The notes under the pieces are model-generated. The model was not told where the DNA came from, did not search any database, and worked only from the letters and a program-made list of their open reading frames with translations. A program made the translations under genes and the position numbers. 64,000 bases of DNA from Candidatus Nealsonbacteria bacterium DGGOD1a (GTDB lineage Bacteria; Patescibacteriota; Minisyncoccia; Minisyncoccales; UBA5738), in NCBI GenBank assembly GCA_022530585.1, contig CP092821.1, positions 585,525 to 649,524 of the forward strand, written 5' to 3'. Each line of letters starts with the position of its first letter. Positions within the stretch are counted from its first letter, which is position 1. Positions 59,808-64,000 of the stretch are shown here, piece by piece.

Positions 59808-60127
59808 CAAAGGAACCAGTAAAAACTTGGGAATCGAAGCGGGAATTTAAGGAAGAGGTCTATTTGAACGCCGATAAATTCAAGGTGAAAGTGAAACAGA
59901 TCACCGTTAGACCAATGACCCGCAAATGGGCAAGCTGTTCCACTAATGGTTATTTTACCTTCAACGCGGAGTTGCTCGGAATGGACCGCACCCTTGGCCA
60001 GTATGTAATCGTACACGAGATATTGCACTATCACATCCCAAACCACGGCAAGCTCTGGAAAAGCTTAATGAAAACCCACTTAGGCGATTACAAGGAATTT
60101 GAAGATAAGTTAAGGCAATTATCCTAA
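59804..60127 (+). CDS. M48/YgjP-like (DUF45) metal-dependent hydrolase
   Basis: MTRKWASCS and YVIVHEILH..IPNH. Confidence 0.88.
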   Translation: MTKEPVKTWESKREFKEEVYLNADKFKVKVKQITVRPMTRKWASCSTNGYFTFNAELLGMDRTLGQYVIVHEILHYHIPNHGKLWKSLMKTHLGDYKEFEDKLRQLS

Positions 60128-60306
60128 GGCGACTTCCATAAATAACTTCCATATATTGCCCGCAGATTTGGTTCAGATTTCAATTTTTCCGCCCGAGCAA
60201 TATTCGAGGCGTAGCTTGGGCTACGGCGGAAATATTGCGACCAAGGAAAATTGAAATATGAAGCAAAGATGCGGGTATGGTGTAGAAGTTATTTATGGAA
60301 GTCGCC
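60128..60306. mobile_element. MITE with IS5-family-like ends
   Basis: 22-bp TIR GGCGACTTCCATAAATAACTTC / GAAGTTATTTATGGAAGTCGCC; TAA on both flanks. Confidence 0.85.
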
Positions 60307-60468
60307 TAAATCCGCACCTTGAATTTTGGGTTAAAACAGGCCATAATCAAAAAATATTGATACTCATTTTTAATTGAAAATTGTTTCATTGCAAATTCAA
60401 TGTCCGCCGGAGGCGGATCCGTCCTTTGGCGGGAAAATTGATAATTGAAAATTGAAAATTTTATTTCT

Positions 60469-61536
60469 ATGTCTCTTCATGTCGGAATTGTGGGATTGCC
60501 CAATGTTGGCAAATCCACATTATTCAAAACTATCACCAAAAAGCAGGTGGACTGCGCGAATTATCCGTTTTGCACCATTGATCCGAACATCGGCGTGGTG
60601 GCGGTCAATGACGAACGCGTCGACAAACTGGCCGAACTGACAAAATCAGTCAAAAAAATATTTACCACCGTGGAATTCGTGGACATTGCCGGGTTGGTCA
60701 AGGGCGCGTCCACGGGCGAAGGATTGGGCAACAAATTTCTGCAAAACATCCGCGAAACCGATGCGATTCTGTATATTTTGCGGGCGTTCAAAAACGAAAA
60801 AATCGTCAACACTGAAAGTTCGGTTAATCCCTTGCGCGACAAGGATATTTTGGATACCGAATTGGCGTTAAAAGATTTGGAAACCGTTTCCAAACGGCTG
60901 GACGGCGCGGAAAGCGAAACGCGCGGAAATAAACCGGGCGCGAAAGAAGAAGCATCGGCCTTGACCAAAATCAAACCGCTTCTGGAACAAGGAAATATTT
61001 TATCCGAGATGGCGTTGAGCGGCGATGAGAAAAAAATTATCGGTCATCTACAATTACTAACGATGAAACCGCGGCTCTATGTTTTGAACGGCGTTGAAGC
61101 GGAAATCGATCCCGCGGTTTTAGAAACTTTTAAAAAGAATGGCTGGTCTTATATTATCATTGATATTTTGGGCGAGAATGAAGGCGAAGGTTTGACGCCG
61201 CAAGAAAAAAAAGAATTCGATCTGCCCAACGGCGAAAATTTGGATTTATTGATCAAAAAATCATACGAGCTTTTGAATCTGATCACATTTTTCACCACCG
61301 GCCCGGACGAAACCCGCGCCTGGACATTAAAGAAGGGGAGTGCCGCGCCTCAAGCCGGCGGCGCAATTCATACCGATTTTGAAAAAAAATTCATCCGCGC
61401 CGAAGTGGTCAACTGGCAAGACCTTTTGAGCGCCGGGGGATTCTCCCAGGCCCGCGAAAAAGCCCTGATTCGCACCGAAGGCAAAGAATATATCGTCCAA
61501 GATGGCGATGTGATCGAAATCAAAGCCAATGCCTAG
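60469..61536 (+). CDS. ychF: Ribosome-binding ATPase YchF
   Basis: GLPNVGKSTLF, NYPFCTIDPN, DIAGLVKGAS.GEGLGN and TGS-like C-terminus. Confidence 0.97.
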   Translation: MSLHVGIVGLPNVGKSTLFKTITKKQVDCANYPFCTIDPNIGVVAVNDERVDKLAELTKSVKKIFTTVEFVDIAGLVKGASTGEGLGNKFLQNIRETDAILYILRAFKNEKIVNTESSVNPLRDKDILDTELALKDLETVSKRLDGAESETRGNKPGAKEEASALTKIKPLLEQGNILSEMALSGDEKKIIGHLQLLTMKPRLYVLNGVEAEIDPAVLETFKKNGWSYIIIDILGENEGEGLTPQEKKEFDLPNGENLDLLIKKSYELLNLITFFTTGPDETRAWTLKKGSAAPQAGGAIHTDFEKKFIRAEVVNWQDLLSAGGFSQAREKALIRTEGKEYIVQDGDVIEIKANA

Positions 61537-61560
61537 AAACAAGCGAAAAATGGCGAATAA

Positions 61561-61614
61561 CTTTGGATTACGAAACGCTTTGCATTTTGAATCTAACGGT
61601 TCCGCAATTCAAGA
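61561..61614. mobile_element. Minimal (empty) IS982-end MITE
   Basis: CTTTGGATTACGAAACGCTTTGCATTTTGAATCTAACGGTTCCGCAATTCAAG matches the two arms of 29919-30046 without the cargo. Confidence 0.6.
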
Positions 61615-61636
61615 TAATTAAAACAATTAAAAAAAT

Positions 61637-62182
61637 ATGGATAAATTATTGGTCACGATAATCGCGTTATTTTTGATTGTTGGCGGATCCTATCTGATTT
61701 GGCAAAACACAAAAACGCAAAGCGAACCAATCAAAACCGCGCCAATAGCCAGTTTCGAGGAATGTGTCGCGGCCGGAAATATGATTATGGAATCCTATCC
61801 GCGGCAATGCGGCACGCCCGACGGCAAACATTTCACCGAGAATATCGGCAATGCCAATGAAATGAGCGATTTAATCGCGGTCGATGCGCCCCGGCCCAAC
61901 GAAATCGTCAAATCTCCGTTGACAATTACCGGCAAAGCGCGCGGCACATGGTATTTCGAAGCCTCGTTCCCGGCGCAAATCATAGACGCGAACGGACAAC
62001 AACTGGGAATCGTTCCCGCGCAAGCGCAAGGCGAATGGATGACCGAAGATTTCGTGCCTTTCCGCGCGACCATTGAATTTACCGCCCCGGCAACCGCCAC
62101 CGGAAGTTTATTGTTAAAAAATGATAATCCTTCGGGCCTTCAAGAAAATAACAAGCAATTAATAATTCCGGTTAAATTCTAG
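61637..62182 (+). CDS. Membrane-anchored protein with Gmad2 Ig-like domain
   Basis: SFEECVAAG..MESYPRQC; ITGKARGTWYFEASFP, WMTEDFVPF and DNPSG. Confidence 0.85.
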   Translation: MDKLLVTIIALFLIVGGSYLIWQNTKTQSEPIKTAPIASFEECVAAGNMIMESYPRQCGTPDGKHFTENIGNANEMSDLIAVDAPRPNEIVKSPLTITGKARGTWYFEASFPAQIIDANGQQLGIVPAQAQGEWMTEDFVPFRATIEFTAPATATGSLLLKNDNPSGLQENNKQLIIPVKF

Positions 62183-62190
62183 GATTTCTT

Positions 62191-63042
62191 ATGAAAACAA
62201 AGATTATCTATTCGGAAAAGTGCTTGGAATACGGCGGGATTACCGGACCGGAAAACGCGGAACGGATTTTGACGGCCGCGCAAATTTTAAAAAACAAAAA
62301 ATATGAGTTTATCGAACCCGTCGCGGCCGGCGACGAGGAAATTTCGCGCGCGCACGCCAAAGAATACATCGAAGCCGTGGAAAATGGCGCGGTCGATGAT
62401 CCGGACACGCCCGCGTACGACAATATCCGCCAGTACGCGCGATTAGCGGCCGGCGCGGCAATCGCCGCCGCCAAAACCAACGGATTTTCACTAATGCGGC
62501 CGCCAGGCCACCATTGCGGAGTCAACGGAAAAGCGCTGGGCGCGGTTACGCGCGGATTTTGCTATTTTAACAATATCGCCATCGCCGTAAAAAAAATGGC
62601 TAAAAAAACCATAATCATTGATATTGACGCGCATCACGGCAACGGCACGCAGGAAATATTTTCCGGCGATAGAAAAACAGTTTATATTTCGATTCACCGA
62701 AAAAATGTTTTTCCGCAAACCGGCGGCCGATCGTACGATAATTGCCGGAATTATCCGTTGGAAGCCGAATGCGGAGGTAAATTATATCTAAAAACCCTTA
62801 AAACCGCGCTGCTTGAAAATAAAAACGAAATAAATTCCGCCGAATTGATCGCGATATCCGCGGGATTTGACGGACACCAAGGGGATATAGTTTCGCTTGG
62901 ACTGGAAACAAAAGATTATAACAACATCGGCAAAGAAATCGGAAAATTAAGCAAACCGATGTTTTTCGTTCTTGAGGGCGGCTATAACGGCCGGGATTTG
63001 GGAAATGATATTGATGCTTTCCTTAAAGGCATCGAAATTTAA
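62191..63042 (+). CDS. Histone deacetylase-family (Zn-dependent) deacylase
   Basis: RPPGHH, GFCYFNN, DIDAHHGNGTQ, SAGFD and LEGGY. Confidence 0.93.
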   Translation: MKTKIIYSEKCLEYGGITGPENAERILTAAQILKNKKYEFIEPVAAGDEEISRAHAKEYIEAVENGAVDDPDTPAYDNIRQYARLAAGAAIAAAKTNGFSLMRPPGHHCGVNGKALGAVTRGFCYFNNIAIAVKKMAKKTIIIDIDAHHGNGTQEIFSGDRKTVYISIHRKNVFPQTGGRSYDNCRNYPLEAECGGKLYLKTLKTALLENKNEINSAELIAISAGFDGHQGDIVSLGLETKDYNNIGKEIGKLSKPMFFVLEGGYNGRDLGNDIDAFLKGIEI

Positions 63043-63114
63043 AATAATATTGTGCGACATTGCATTCATAATAAAAATCGCCGGCTGAAGGCGATTTTTT
63101 ATGGCATCAAATTC

Positions 63115-63999
63115 CTATTTTTCTTTCAAATGCCGGCCGCTGTGGAATTGGCGATGGACATCGCGCAAATGCTTGTTGGTCACATGCGTGTAAATTTGCG
63201 TTGTTATGATATTTTGATGGCCCAAAAATTCCTGAATGGTTCTCAAGTCGACTCCTTGCATCAAAAGATCGGTGGCCATTGAGTGGCGCAGCGTGTGAGG
63301 GGTCGTAAACATCGGCACGCCGCCCAAAATCGCGTATTTCTTTACCAAGCGCTCAATCGACCGGCTCGTAAGCCGCCTTTCGGCGCTATCGGAAGTGTGA
63401 AAATTAATAAACAGAGCTTTTTCGGTTTTGTCGCAATGACCATCCCGGATTTTAATATATTTCCTTATCCAATCCAAGGCGCGGCTTGAAAAATAAACCG
63501 TGCGCGGATGCTTGCCCTTGCCGATAATACCCAGTTCGAGTTCCTTGCCTTCTTTAAGATTGGCGAATTGTTCGCGATTCAAACTTACCAGTTCGGCGAT
63601 GCGCAATCCGGTTGAAAAAAGCGACTCCAAAATCGCCCGGTCGCGGATACCGGCTTCAGTGTTGATATCCGGCGCCAATAAAAGTTTTTCCACTTGATCC
63701 AAATTCAAGAACTTCACGGTTTTCTCTTTTTTCACATCGCGCGGCAACGAAATCTTATCCGCCGGCAAAGAAATTATATCTTTGGCCGTAAAATAGCCCA
63801 ATAAGGCCCGCAAAGCGATCAAGTAGTAGTTTTGTGTGGCTTTAGCCAATAAATGGCCCCGAGGGTCGTTAAAACGCGACAGATAAACCCTGTAAGCCCA
63901 AACATCGCCACTCGTAAGCTGATGCGGCAGAATTTGGTCTTTTCGGGTGTTTTCCAGCCAATAAATGAATTTTTGCAGATATCTCCGGTAGTTTTTCTG
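63115..63999 (-). CDS. XerC/D-type tyrosine recombinase; start lies beyond the window end
   Basis: RDRA..STGLRIAE, GKG, HTLRHSMAT, LGH..TTQIYT; frame stays open to the window edge. Confidence 0.93.
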   Translation of the reverse strand, partial: QKNYRRYLQKFIYWLENTRKDQILPHQLTSGDVWAYRVYLSRFNDPRGHLLAKATQNYYLIALRALLGYFTAKDIISLPADKISLPRDVKKEKTVKFLNLDQVEKLLLAPDINTEAGIRDRAILESLFSTGLRIAELVSLNREQFANLKEGKELELGIIGKGKHPRTVYFSSRALDWIRKYIKIRDGHCDKTEKALFINFHTSDSAERRLTSRSIERLVKKYAILGGVPMFTTPHTLRHSMATDLLMQGVDLRTIQEFLGHQNIITTQIYTHVTNKHLRDVHRQFHSGRHLKEK

Positions 64000-64000
64000 G

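Noticed and set aside
60402..60436. CCGCCGGAGGCGGATCCGTCCTTTGGCGG hairpin as a ychF riboswitch
   Set aside because: It looks like a short REP-type palindrome within AT-rich heptamer repeats, with no aptamer features.

Overview
A 64 kb bacterial chromosome window, standard code 11. The gene style, many Cys-rich secreted proteins and dense short palindromic repeats suggest Patescibacteria/Parcubacteria (inference). The first ~10 kb is an AT-richer accessory region. It holds an integrative element (serine recombinase, Rep-like protein, structured intergenic RNA candidate), a pyrD/pyrF/pyrE-like cluster, a GIY-YIG gene and a DUF2726 gene flanked by direct repeats. The middle is mostly housekeeping and surface genes: recQ, S8 protease, mltG, ABC transporter, serpin, peptidases, xseAB, ctpA, rplI, pyrG, rpmA, GGR-uppS-IPK, radC and two type II TA pairs. 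It is interrupted by IS630, IS30 and IS982 elements, several MITE families, and nine copies of two related three-hairpin repeats. The right part has a type I RM locus (hsdM-DUF3800-hsdS-DUF2806::IS982-hsdR-M48), then ychF, an HDAC-family gene and a Xer recombinase. The best candidate for a new system is the DUF3800 gene with a convergent ~70-nt structured RNA that has its own promoter and U-tract, inside the RM operon. I saw no rRNA, tRNA or CRISPR array. All family assignments come from motif recognition, not database searches.
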